The notes below the pieces were generated by a model. The model had not been told where the DNA came from, made no database searches, and was given only the letters and a program-made list of their open reading frames with translations. This document shows positions 20,912 to 30,557 of a stretch of DNA of 64,000 nt, in pieces. The translations under genes and the position numbers were made by a program. Positions within the stretch are counted from its first letter, which is position 1. Every line of letters begins with the position of its first letter. Source of the stretch: a virus; the IMG/VR virus record IMGVR_UViG_3300032308_002246, positions 109,963-173,962 of that record. The stretch is one strand, 5' to 3'.

Positions 20912-20947
20912 TCTAAAAGACAATCAGAGATACAGTAGGATTTAATC

Positions 20948-21478
20948 ATGAGCAACGCTGAAGAAATTTGGATACCGCGAGAACCAACAGAATCAGAATA
21001 TACATTTCAAGGCTGGTTTAATTGGGAAAACAAATTTGGTGAATTTGGTACTCCTGGATACTGGGATTTTGTAGAACAAACAAAAATTCCGTCTGTTTTT
21101 GGGGACGATAATCCTAGAGATGTTTATTTCACGCTCTATAGACAAGACGGAGACGGCCTGCTTCTAGCAGTAATTCTTAGATACCGTGATGAATCAGGGG
21201 AGCTTCATCCACTTTTAATGCTGGTTCATCCAGACCATCGGGGGAAGGGAATTGCAACTCAAGTGCTTCTTCGCATGGAAGAAAAATTTATCAACGAAGA
21301 AGCCCATGTATATGGGTACACGGTAGAGGACTTTCGAGCACTACCAAGAGCAGAACGAGCCGCTTTGGTTATTCCTCCAAAATGGGACGTACCAACCAAT
21401 GAAGCTGGAGCGGGTTTTGCAACCCATGCAAGCAAGATGTTTTATACGGTTGAAAAAGATTTCACAGTAGAGCCGTAA
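20948..21478 (+). CDS. GNAT family N-acetyltransferase
   Basis: Acetyl-CoA motif A 'VHPDHRGKGIATQVL' and downstream 'N.AG..F'. Confidence 0.8.
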   Translation: MSNAEEIWIPREPTESEYTFQGWFNWENKFGEFGTPGYWDFVEQTKIPSVFGDDNPRDVYFTLYRQDGDGLLLAVILRYRDESGELHPLLMLVHPDHRGKGIATQVLLRMEEKFINEEAHVYGYTVEDFRALPRAERAALVIPPKWDVPTNEAGAGFATHASKMFYTVEKDFTVEP

Positions 21479-21479
21479 G

Positions 21480-21707
21480 ATGTCTGCCTATCAGGAGTGG
21501 AAGAAAAAACTTGGAGATACACGCCCGTGGGATGTTGTTAACCCAAACATAGAAAAAACCACAGATGAAGAGGCAGAAAGAAGATTTTCGATTTGCCGAG
21601 AATGTCCAAGCCTGCTTGCGGTCACCAGCCAGTGCAGAGAATGCGGATGCTTCATGAAGTTAAAGGTGAAGATACAAGAAGCAACGTGCCCCTTGCAAAA
21701 GTGGTAG
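21480..21707 (+). CDS. Small six-Cys protein (DUF6171-like), copy 1
   Basis: R..IC..CP.L.....C.ECGCFM..K......CP..KW. Confidence 0.7.
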   Translation: MSAYQEWKKKLGDTRPWDVVNPNIEKTTDEEAERRFSICRECPSLLAVTSQCRECGCFMKLKVKIQEATCPLQKW

Positions 21708-21734
21708 CCCCAACCAGAATGTAAGGGTTTTGCA

Positions 21735-22322
21735 ATGAAGTACATCAACGTAAATGGCGTATGTGTTTACAGGAATGCAATTATCAATCCCTCTGAGATA
21801 ATAGAAGCCTCTGAGCTGTTAAGCATCTCGAAAGACAGCCGAGGCGATTGGACCAAATCGACAGTAATTGACACCGAGGGGAAGGTCTTTGTTTCTGAAG
21901 TAAGGACAAACCAGTTGATGTTCACCCCAACGCCAACTCAAAGGGGGGACGAGTCGTCGGCAGAGGTTATGCTGGCGAATAAAATTCACGAATATGTGAT
22001 TCCTTGTGTCCAAAACTTTGCGGCGAAATTTGGTCTTTCAATCAAGTTCCAATCTACAAACGGATATCAAATTCTCAAGTATTCAGTTAACGAACATTAC
22101 GTATCCCACCTTGATGATGGTGAAAAAACCAGACGGTACGCTTCTGCCGTTGCATACCTAAACGACGACTACGAAGGTGGCGAACTATATTTTCAGGATT
22201 TGAATTTCACATATCAGCCGGTAGCCGGGGATGTTGTAATTTTCCCATCTGGAGCACCATTTAGGCATGAGGCAAAACCCGTAATCAGCGGCATAAAGTA
22301 CTCAATAGCTAACTGGTGGTAA
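21735..22322 (+). CDS. 2OG-Fe(II) oxygenase, prolyl 4-hydroxylase-like
   Basis: HLD...YLNDDYEGGEL.F...H...KYS. Confidence 0.9.
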   Translation: MKYINVNGVCVYRNAIINPSEIIEASELLSISKDSRGDWTKSTVIDTEGKVFVSEVRTNQLMFTPTPTQRGDESSAEVMLANKIHEYVIPCVQNFAAKFGLSIKFQSTNGYQILKYSVNEHYVSHLDDGEKTRRYASAVAYLNDDYEGGELYFQDLNFTYQPVAGDVVIFPSGAPFRHEAKPVISGIKYSIANWW

Positions 22323-22384
22323 AAAGCCAGCGAAAACAACAGACTAGAGCCGATTAAAGACCGTCTTGTGAGATAATTAGCCGT

Positions 22385-22567
22385 ATGCCAATCGTCTTCC
22401 CACAATCGCCGTCAATAAATGACGAATTTTCTGTTGCAGGTAAATCTTGGAGCTGGAACGGGTTCCGTTGGCAAAGATTTAAATCTGCGATAATTGACGG
22501 CGGGTTTGCCAACATTGAAATAAATGTTTCAGACGACGAACTAATTGCTGACGGAGGCGATGCTTAA
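22385..22567 (+). CDS. Small tail-associated protein
   Basis: 'FP.SP..ND.....K.W.WNG.RW' domain, also found at the start of 29775; 'DGG' motifs. Confidence 0.55.
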   Translation: MPIVFPQSPSINDEFSVAGKSWSWNGFRWQRFKSAIIDGGFANIEINVSDDELIADGGDA

Positions 22568-25500
22568 TGGCTTATAAGAAAATACTCTTTCGCCGCGATA
22601 CGTCTTCAAATTGGGCTAGCGCAAACCCTATTTTGGCTGCTGGTGAAATCGGTCTTGAGTCCAACACCAACAAGATAAAACTTGGTAATGGCTCGACTAG
22701 ATGGAATGCCCTGTCGTATTTTTACGGAAGTCTTGACACTACTGGAATTGACGCACTTAGCGACGTAGTCATAACAAGTGCACAAAATGGCGATTTTCTT
22801 CGCTGGAACGGAACTGCCTGGGTAAACGACCCGGTCAATCTTGGGGATGACACGGTCGGCAGCTTTGTCCAGAACCTTGTTGCTGGAACCGGCGTAACGC
22901 TAACCAACAACACTGGCGAAAAGGCTACTCCAACCGTGGCTATTGGCCAGGCTGTTGCAACTTCATCTTCTGTACAATTTGCCGCAGTTACTGCACCAGT
23001 TATCGGTAACGCAAGCACCGCAAGCTCGCTGCAAACAGCGCGAACAATTCAAGTTAGCGGCGATGTTTCTGGTTCTGCATCTTTTGATGGTTCACAAAAC
23101 ATAAACATCACTTCGGAAATCCAGCCAAACTCGGTAGCTCTTGGCACTGACACCACTGGTGATTACGTAACCTCACTTGTTGCTGGAACTGGCGTTACCC
23201 TTAGCAATAACTCAGGTGAATCAGCATCACCAACTATTGCAATTGGCCAAGAAGTAGCAACCTCATCATCCGTTACATTTGCTCACATTAATGGAAACGT
23301 AACAGGAAATTTGACAGGAAATGCCTCAACCGCTGCTGCACTACAAACACCTCGAACTATTTCTCTTACTGGTGATTTGTCTGGTTCTGTGTCATTTGAT
23401 GGTTCAAACAATGTTTCAATTACCACTACGATTGAACCAAACTCTGTAGCTCTTGGCACCGACACAACCGGAAACTACATGGCCGAAGTTACTGGTGGCA
23501 CTGGTATAACAGTTACCCACACCCCAGGTGAAGGTTCAAACGCAACAATATCAATCGGGCAGGCTGTAACAACAGCAGATACACCAACTTTTGCTGGAGC
23601 ATACCTAGACGCAATAAGAGTCGGTGTTACAAACGCTAATACGATTGACACTGCATCTGGTGGTTTGACTCTTGACTCAACTGGTGGAACAACAACTGTT
23701 GATGACAACTTGGTAGTTACTGGAACGCTGACAGTATCTGGTTCTGTTGCATACATAAGCACAACCAACTTAGAAGTTGGAGACAGTGTAATTATTCTTA
23801 ATCACGATGAAACTGGGTCTCCATCTCAGAACGCCGGTATAGAGATTGAACGCGGAACATCAACAAATGTCGTTCTTCATTACAACGAAACTTCTGATGT
23901 TTGGGAATTAACCAACAATGGTTCTACTTATTCTCCAATCGAAACTACTTCGACAGTAGAAACAAAGATTAAGCAACAGCTGTGGCTTAATGACGTATAT
24001 GCCGCAACAACTGGCGTGCTTCCAAACTCTCCTACATATACCGCTGGCAGCGCAGACGCAAACGGTGGAACTGGTGTTGGAGCAAAACTCACAGCAACAA
24101 CAAACGGAGAACTATCAATTGACGGCGCTCCAGCCGCTTTGAACTACCGAGTTCTAGTCAAGGACCAAGCCAACAATTTACACAACGGAATCTACAAAGT
24201 AACCGCAGCTGGTTCACCATCTACAACATGGGAACTGACAAGAGCAGCAGACTTTGATAACTCAACATTTGGTCAGGTTACTTACGGAAAATCAGTAAGA
24301 ATAGCGACTGGCGATATAAACATATTGCAAACTTTCATCCTCACGTCGTTTGGTACTGTTTACCTAAACGAGCTTGAGGAAATGGTTCACGTAATTGGGA
24401 CTGACCCAATTTCATGGTCTCAAGCGAGCGGCAAGGCAGTTCTGATTCCAGGCAATGGTTTGGAAATAACAAACAATGTTCTGGCGCTTCCATCAATCAC
24501 TCAGTCGAATACAGCATCAACGTCCGGTGGTTTTAATTTTGTACAGGGCGTAAACGTTGACTCATATGGTCGCTTACTTGGTGTTACAACAAATGATGTT
24601 CTTATTGACTTGGGCATAAATACTCAGGGCGACTATGTACAAAGCGTCTCTGCTTCAGTTAATACTGGCATTACAGTTTCTGGAACTGGCGAGGGCGCAA
24701 CTGTATCTGTTGGTTCAAATGCAACTCCAGACAACACAATTAACGCAATAGTTATGCGTGATGGAAGCGGAAACTTTATTGCTGGGAACATTACAGCAGA
24801 ACTGACTGGAAACGCTTCATCAGCGAACACCCTTTATGCCACACGTTCAATCGGTTTAACCGGAGACCTAAGCGGCTCTGTTTCGTTCGACGGTTCTCAA
24901 GATGTTGTTATAAATGCAATAATTGAATCAAACTCAATCGCTCTTGGTGGTGACACAACTGGCGACTATGTAAGCACGATTACTCAGGGCACTGGTGTAA
25001 CGGTGACTGGCGGTACTGGTGAGACATCAACGCCAACAATCGCAATTGGTCAAGATGTTGGCACCAGCTCTTCCGTAACTTTCGCACAAGTTAATGCACT
25101 TCTTGTCGGAAACGTAAATGGAAACGTAACTGGGAATGTCACTGGAAACGTTAATGGAAACGTCACTGGAACCCTAACTGGAAATGTTTTTGGAAATGTT
25201 ACTGGTAGTTCTGGAACCGTAACCTCAATAGGCACGCATGGACTGGATGCGCTTTCAGACGTAACTGCTCCGTCGCCAGCATCGGGCGAGTTCTTGAAAT
25301 GGAACGGCTCTGCTTGGGTGCCAGATGTAATCGATTTGTCAACAGACACAAGTGGAAACTTTGTTTCCTCAATCAATGCTGGAACTGGTGTTTCGCTTAC
25401 GAACGGTGTTGCCCAAGAAGCTGGAACACCAACCATAAACATTGGTCAGGCTATAGGCACAACAAATTCACCGTCGTTTGCAAACCTTTCAGTAGGTAAT

Positions 25501-26694
25501 GCACAGGTAAACGCAACAAATCTTACCTATAGCGGTGGCACCAACCTTGCTACAGTAACCGCCATTGACCACGGTCTTGCCATTGGGGCAAGGATAACGG
25601 TATCAGGAGCGACTCAAACTGGATACAACGGAACATATTCAATCGTTTCGGTTCCAACTTCTTCAACATTTACATACCAACCAGCAGTTGGTCCATCTGC
25701 AAACATAGCCTCTGGCACATATTTGGTTTATGTTGCTGGCGCTATAACTTTTGAAGGTTCAACTGATGACTCGTTTGAAACAACGATTGTTGCTACAGAC
25801 CCAACGGCAGACAGAATTATTTCTTTGCCAGATGCGACAACTCAATTAGTTGGTAGAGACACAACAGATACTCTTACGAACAAAACTCTAACAAGCCCAA
25901 CTATCACTGGTGTATCACCAGTAATCACTTTGGGTGGAGATTTGAGTGGTTCAGCTACATTCACAGACCTTGGCAACGCAACGCTTACAGCGACAATCGC
26001 TGCAAACTCTGTGGCTCTTGGAACAGATACAACCGGTAGCTACGTTGAAAGCCTTGTACAGGGTACTGGTGTTACAATCATCAACAACTCAGGCGAAAGT
26101 GCAACACCGACAATCTCCATTGGTCAGGCAGTTGGGACCAGTGCATGCGTTCAGTTTGACACTTTGACTGTAACAAACCTGTTTGCAACAAACAGCCAGT
26201 CAAGCAATGCGTCTGAGCTGAATGTTTCGGACAGCAAGATTGTTTTGAATGCAGGAACTACTGGCGCTCCAACGGTTAATGGTTCTATCATCATTGATAG
26301 AGGCTCAAGTGCAAGCGTTGAAATTCGATGGAACGAAACCAGTGACAGATGGGAAGCAACATCTGACGGCACGACATACACTCAAATAGCTGCTGGCGCA
26401 AAAATGACCATTGGAGAAACACCTCCTTCGTCGCCAGCAAATGGTGACTTCTGGTTTGAGTCGGACTCCGCTATCACGTTCGTTTATTACGACTCGTACT
26501 GGGTTCAAATTGGTTCATCCGGAATTGGTGCTGTAACAACGGCATCCGCTCCATCTAACCCTGCAAACGGCCAAATATGGTTCAATAGCACAACCGACGA
26601 AATGTATGTTTATTATGACGGCGCATGGGTCCTGGTAAATAGCGCAACTAACACCAGTGACATAGAAATTGCGTCTATCATGGGAGCGTATTAA
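22567..26694 (+). CDS. Long tail fibre protein with Mtd/hyaluronidase-N-like N-terminal domain
   Basis: N-terminal 'RRDT..NW...NPILA.GEIG.E..T..K.G.G...W..L.Y'. Same shaft modules as 16353, plus (GNV[TN])n. Confidence 0.85.
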   Translation: MAYKKILFRRDTSSNWASANPILAAGEIGLESNTNKIKLGNGSTRWNALSYFYGSLDTTGIDALSDVVITSAQNGDFLRWNGTAWVNDPVNLGDDTVGSFVQNLVAGTGVTLTNNTGEKATPTVAIGQAVATSSSVQFAAVTAPVIGNASTASSLQTARTIQVSGDVSGSASFDGSQNINITSEIQPNSVALGTDTTGDYVTSLVAGTGVTLSNNSGESASPTIAIGQEVATSSSVTFAHINGNVTGNLTGNASTAAALQTPRTISLTGDLSGSVSFDGSNNVSITTTIEPNSVALGTDTTGNYMAEVTGGTGITVTHTPGEGSNATISIGQAVTTADTPTFAGAYLDAIRVGVTNANTIDTASGGLTLDSTGGTTTVDDNLVVTGTLTVSGSVAYISTTNLEVGDSVIILNHDETGSPSQNAGIEIERGTSTNVVLHYNETSDVWELTNNGSTYSPIETTSTVETKIKQQLWLNDVYAATTGVLPNSPTYTAGSADANGGTGVGAKLTATTNGELSIDGAPAALNYRVLVKDQANNLHNGIYKVTAAGSPSTTWELTRAADFDNSTFGQVTYGKSVRIATGDINILQTFILTSFGTVYLNELEEMVHVIGTDPISWSQASGKAVLIPGNGLEITNNVLALPSITQSNTASTSGGFNFVQGVNVDSYGRLLGVTTNDVLIDLGINTQGDYVQSVSASVNTGITVSGTGEGATVSVGSNATPDNTINAIVMRDGSGNFIAGNITAELTGNASSANTLYATRSIGLTGDLSGSVSFDGSQDVVINAIIESNSIALGGDTTGDYVSTITQGTGVTVTGGTGETSTPTIAIGQDVGTSSSVTFAQVNALLVGNVNGNVTGNVTGNVNGNVTGTLTGNVFGNVTGSSGTVTSIGTHGLDALSDVTAPSPASGEFLKWNGSAWVPDVIDLSTDTSGNFVSSINAGTGVSLTNGVAQEAGTPTINIGQAIGTTNSPSFANLSVGNAQVNATNLTYSGGTNLATVTAIDHGLAIGARITVSGATQTGYNGTYSIVSVPTSSTFTYQPAVGPSANIASGTYLVYVAGAITFEGSTDDSFETTIVATDPTADRIISLPDATTQLVGRDTTDTLTNKTLTSPTITGVSPVITLGGDLSGSATFTDLGNATLTATIAANSVALGTDTTGSYVESLVQGTGVTIINNSGESATPTISIGQAVGTSACVQFDTLTVTNLFATNSQSSNASELNVSDSKIVLNAGTTGAPTVNGSIIIDRGSSASVEIRWNETSDRWEATSDGTTYTQIAAGAKMTIGETPPSSPANGDFWFESDSAITFVYYDSYWVQIGSSGIGAVTTASAPSNPANGQIWFNSTTDEMYVYYDGAWVLVNSATNTSDIEIASIMGAY

Positions 26695-26710
26695 ATGACT
26701 GGAGCAATCA

Positions 26711-27016
26711 ATGGCTAATTCAGCTAAAGCACTATTTAGAGGCGCCGCTACGACAAATACAAGCACGACTCTTTACACCGTGCCATCCTCGACTACAACG
26801 ATAGTGACGAACATAATTGTCACAAATACGGCTGCAACGGATGGAACTTTTACGCTGTCGCTAGACGATGTTGCACTTGCATCTGCCGTAGTGGTTCCAG
26901 CAAAGGGTATTTTCACCCTTGACATCAAACAGGTTTTAGCTACAACAGAAACAATTAAGGGTGGCGCTAATGCCACCTCTATCAGCTTCCACATCAGTGG
27001 AATGGAGATTGCATAA
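26711..27016 (+). CDS. Small tail-associated protein
   Basis: 'TTLYTVP...T.V.NI.V.N...FHISG.EI' pattern typical of fibre-adjacent genes. Confidence 0.55.
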   Translation: MANSAKALFRGAATTNTSTTLYTVPSSTTTIVTNIIVTNTAATDGTFTLSLDDVALASAVVVPAKGIFTLDIKQVLATTETIKGGANATSISFHISGMEIA

Positions 27017-29772
27017 TGGCAGCAAACCAAATCCCTGCAGGTCTGACACCAATAACACCTGAAGAGGTGTTGATTGACCCAGTCCAAAAGCTACGCATCT
27101 CTCAGCCTCAGGCGCTGATTGACACCGACTTTGAATATGGTACCCAGATTTCAAAGTGGGAAAACCATATAAATGTTGGAGCTCGACCATTCGTTTTTGA
27201 CACAGCTTCGCCAATTTCGGGCATAACCGCAATTACAATGAGCACTTCTTCAAGAACTGTAACCGTGTCACTTCCAAGCACTGCAGGCATTGCTGTTGGA
27301 ACTCCAATTTCGGTAAGAGACACATACCTTGCTATTGCAAACGGCAACTACTTGGTTGAGTCTGTTACATCAAACACTTCGTTTACATACACAGGCAAAG
27401 CCGTGAACACTGGCTCAGTTACATCAATTCTTGATGCAAACAAGACGTTAATTTTTACTGGTTCACTTTATTCTGGTGCTCAAATCGGTGGAGCTCCAAC
27501 TGTTTCATACTCTGGAAACGCAGTTACCGTAACAACAACAATCCCCCACGGTTTGTCTCTTGGTAATGAAGTAGCCATCACGGGTATAACAACTTCGGGA
27601 ACAAACCCTCCAAACGGTTCAAACTTCGTTGCAAGAATTATCAGCGCAACTCAATTTGTTGTTTATGTTCCGGCAACACCAACAGGAACACTGACGGCAA
27701 CTTCTGCTGCTGTATATGTCGTTCCGTCTGGTCAGTTTTTGCACAGACCATTTGACGGCGGTGTTATCTTCACGAATAACGGCACTTCAAACTATGAATC
27801 AGCAATTCGTCAAACTCGTCGTTACTTCCGTTACCAGTCAGGTAAGGGTATCCAGATGTCATCTGGAACTCTGTTGAAGCCAGCTCTACAGGTTGACTCA
27901 TTGACTTATTCAGCCGGAACCGGTCTCGTAACTGTACAGACAAAAGAAAAGCACAACCTCTATCCAGGTTCCGTAATCGTTACTTTTGGCGCGACAGAAG
28001 CTGGGTACAACGGTACTTTCTCTGTTTACACAATCACTGGTTATAACACCTTTACATACACCCCTCAATCAACGCCATCAGCAGCAACCGCTTCTGGGCC
28101 ATACTACATAACCGTTACTGGATGGTATGGTAATGAAAACCGACTCGGATTGTTTGATGACCAAAACGGAGTGTTCTTTGAGTTTGACGGTCAGACACTT
28201 TACGCAGTTAAGCGCTCATCAACTTTCCAAATTTCTGGCAAAGTAACGGCCACACTTGGTTCTTGCACCATTACTCAAACAAATGCTGCATTCCCGACAA
28301 GATTTTCAAAACAACTTGTCATCGGAGACAGAATTGTTCTCCGTGGAGCGTCTTACAGAATTACAGACATAGCAAGCGACACCTCAATGACGATTAGTCC
28401 TGCGTATCGTGGAGCAACAACCGACTACGTAATCTGCTCAAGAACCGTAGACGAAAGATACGCACAATCAGAGTGGAACCTTGACAAGCTTGATGGAACC
28501 GGAGCATCTGGTTATAACGTCGACCTTTCCAAGATGCAAATGTTCTATATTGACTACTCTTGGTATGGAGCTGGCGCTATCCGCTGGGGTATGCGTGCAA
28601 CAAATGGCAAGGTAACTTACTGCCACAAGATTGCCAACAACAACACCAACTCTGAAGCGTACATGCGTTCGGGAAACCTTCCAGCAAGATACGAGACGGT
28701 TTCGAATCCTCCGTTTACATACATGGCAGCATCGCTTGCAAATAATGGTGTAACCATGACAGTAAACAGCACAGCTGGGTTTCCTAACTCTGGGACTCTT
28801 GCGTGTTTCAACCAGACACATGGTTACGAATACATCAACTACACAGGCAAAACAGCAACCACGTTCACTGGTTTGACAAGACAGCAAACAGGAAACGCTT
28901 CACTAGCTTTAACAATTGCAGCTGGGTCAAATGATGGAACCGTAGCTTCGACTTCTGGTCTCCAGGTTGGACAAAGAGTTAGCGCAACCGCTGTTCCAGA
29001 CGGAACATTTATCCAGGAAATCAATGGATTGAATGTCAAGTTGAGTGCTGCGGTGACCGGTGCTAACCCAACGGTGAACGTAATCCCAATGGGAACAAAC
29101 GCTGCAATCGCTTGGACCTACTCAGCAACAAACCCAATCGGTGTTGAACTTGCTTTCCCAACATATGCTCCATCCATTTCTCACTGGGGTACTTCAGCAA
29201 TCATGGACGGCCGTTACGACGATGATAAGTCGCTCGTGTTCACATACGGTTCGGCTTCGGCTGTTACTGTAGCTGCTGGCGCAACGAACGCTCTTCTTGC
29301 AATCAGAGTTGCTCCTTCAGCGGATAACGGTACTTCTGCAGCATTTGGCGAAAGAGAACTTATCAACAGAATGCAGTTGGTTCTACGAGCATTGGACGTA
29401 ACAACAACAACGGCTTCGGCAAACTTGTTGATTACTGCTGTGCTAAACGGTGTTCCTTCGGGAGCTAGAACATGGGCCAAGCCATACACTGTTACTTCGT
29501 CACTTGCTCAAGTAGCAGACTATGGTGGTACAACAACAACTGTTTCTGGTGGTGAAGTGACTGGTGGTTTCTTTGTAGGCACTGGTGCAAACTCTATTGA
29601 CCTTGCAGCAGTTAGAGACCTTGGTAACTCAATTCTTGGAGGCGGTGGAACGACGACGACGGCTGGCATCTATCCAGACGGTCCAGACGTCATTCACGTT
29701 CTCGTGCGTAACCTCGGTGCCGCATCGGTAACCGTGTTCGCTCGTCTCTCATGGACTGAAGCACAGGCTTAA
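27016..29772 (+). CDS. Large virion structural/fibre protein
   Basis: Repeated 'HGL..G..V.I.G.....NG...V.....T.FTY' beta modules; 'RQT.RYFRYQSGKG'; 'YSWYGAG.IR.G' lectin-like segment. Confidence 0.7.
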   Translation: MAANQIPAGLTPITPEEVLIDPVQKLRISQPQALIDTDFEYGTQISKWENHINVGARPFVFDTASPISGITAITMSTSSRTVTVSLPSTAGIAVGTPISVRDTYLAIANGNYLVESVTSNTSFTYTGKAVNTGSVTSILDANKTLIFTGSLYSGAQIGGAPTVSYSGNAVTVTTTIPHGLSLGNEVAITGITTSGTNPPNGSNFVARIISATQFVVYVPATPTGTLTATSAAVYVVPSGQFLHRPFDGGVIFTNNGTSNYESAIRQTRRYFRYQSGKGIQMSSGTLLKPALQVDSLTYSAGTGLVTVQTKEKHNLYPGSVIVTFGATEAGYNGTFSVYTITGYNTFTYTPQSTPSAATASGPYYITVTGWYGNENRLGLFDDQNGVFFEFDGQTLYAVKRSSTFQISGKVTATLGSCTITQTNAAFPTRFSKQLVIGDRIVLRGASYRITDIASDTSMTISPAYRGATTDYVICSRTVDERYAQSEWNLDKLDGTGASGYNVDLSKMQMFYIDYSWYGAGAIRWGMRATNGKVTYCHKIANNNTNSEAYMRSGNLPARYETVSNPPFTYMAASLANNGVTMTVNSTAGFPNSGTLACFNQTHGYEYINYTGKTATTFTGLTRQQTGNASLALTIAAGSNDGTVASTSGLQVGQRVSATAVPDGTFIQEINGLNVKLSAAVTGANPTVNVIPMGTNAAIAWTYSATNPIGVELAFPTYAPSISHWGTSAIMDGRYDDDKSLVFTYGSASAVTVAAGATNALLAIRVAPSADNGTSAAFGERELINRMQLVLRALDVTTTTASANLLITAVLNGVPSGARTWAKPYTVTSSLAQVADYGGTTTTVSGGEVTGGFFVGTGANSIDLAAVRDLGNSILGGGGTTTTAGIYPDGPDVIHVLVRNLGAASVTVFARLSWTEAQA

Positions 29773-29774
29773 TC

Positions 29775-30554
29775 ATGGCAGCGATTGACTTCCCAGCAGA
29801 TGCTCAATCCGGCGACCAGCACGTAAGCGCTGGCAAGACCTGGACATATAACGGTTCTGGTTGGGTGCTAGTAACTATCCCGACAGCAATGTTTACAGCA
29901 GACTCGGTAAGCGGCTCGTCTCTTGTTGATGGAACCGTTGGGTTGCAAAAAATATTTAACGAAGGAGCAGGTCAGATAATCGTTTTTAACGGTTCTGGAG
30001 TTGCAACTGCAGTTGACTCAACTGGCGATGTGGTGATAAACGCTTCCGGTGTTTCTGCTATTTCTGCAGGAGCAATTGTTAATGCTGACGTAAATGCTTC
30101 TGCGGCAATCGATAAAACAAAGATTGCTGGAACAGCGGTTGTTCTTACGGACTCGTCTGTAGTCACCTCGACAATGATTGCTGACTCAACAATCGTTGAT
30201 GGCGACATCAGTGCTACAGCAAATATTGCTCAGGGAAAAATCGCAGATATCTTGACAAACGCGCAAGCCGCAAGCTACACACTTGTACTCGCCGACAAGA
30301 ATAAGATTGTCGAAATGGGTGTTGGTTCCGCAAACGACTTGACCGTCCCCCCAAACTCATCAGTGGCCTTTCCAATCGGCAGCCAAATTCAGGTTCTCCA
30401 GACAGGGACTGGTAAGACAAGAATTTTGGCAGGCGCTGGTGTCACCGTGAACGCAACTCCAGGAGTGTTCATGAGGGCGCAGTGGTCAGCTGTTACGCTA
30501 CTAAAGAGAGCATCAGATACTTGGGTGGCAACGGGAGACCTTTCGGCTTCATAA
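29775..30554 (+). CDS. Short fibre/adaptor ending in the shared C-terminal domain (cassette 2)
   Basis: 'IVNADVNASAAI..TK' repeats, then SYTLVLAD...ANDLTVP...TWVATGDLSAS, homologous to the end of 16353. Confidence 0.75.
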   Translation: MAAIDFPADAQSGDQHVSAGKTWTYNGSGWVLVTIPTAMFTADSVSGSSLVDGTVGLQKIFNEGAGQIIVFNGSGVATAVDSTGDVVINASGVSAISAGAIVNADVNASAAIDKTKIAGTAVVLTDSSVVTSTMIADSTIVDGDISATANIAQGKIADILTNAQAASYTLVLADKNKIVEMGVGSANDLTVPPNSSVAFPIGSQIQVLQTGTGKTRILAGAGVTVNATPGVFMRAQWSAVTLLKRASDTWVATGDLSAS

Positions 30555-30557
30555 CTT

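Noticed and set aside
25108-25206. (GNV[TN])n 12-nt tandem repeat
   Set aside because: Common tail-fibre shaft motif; not unusual.
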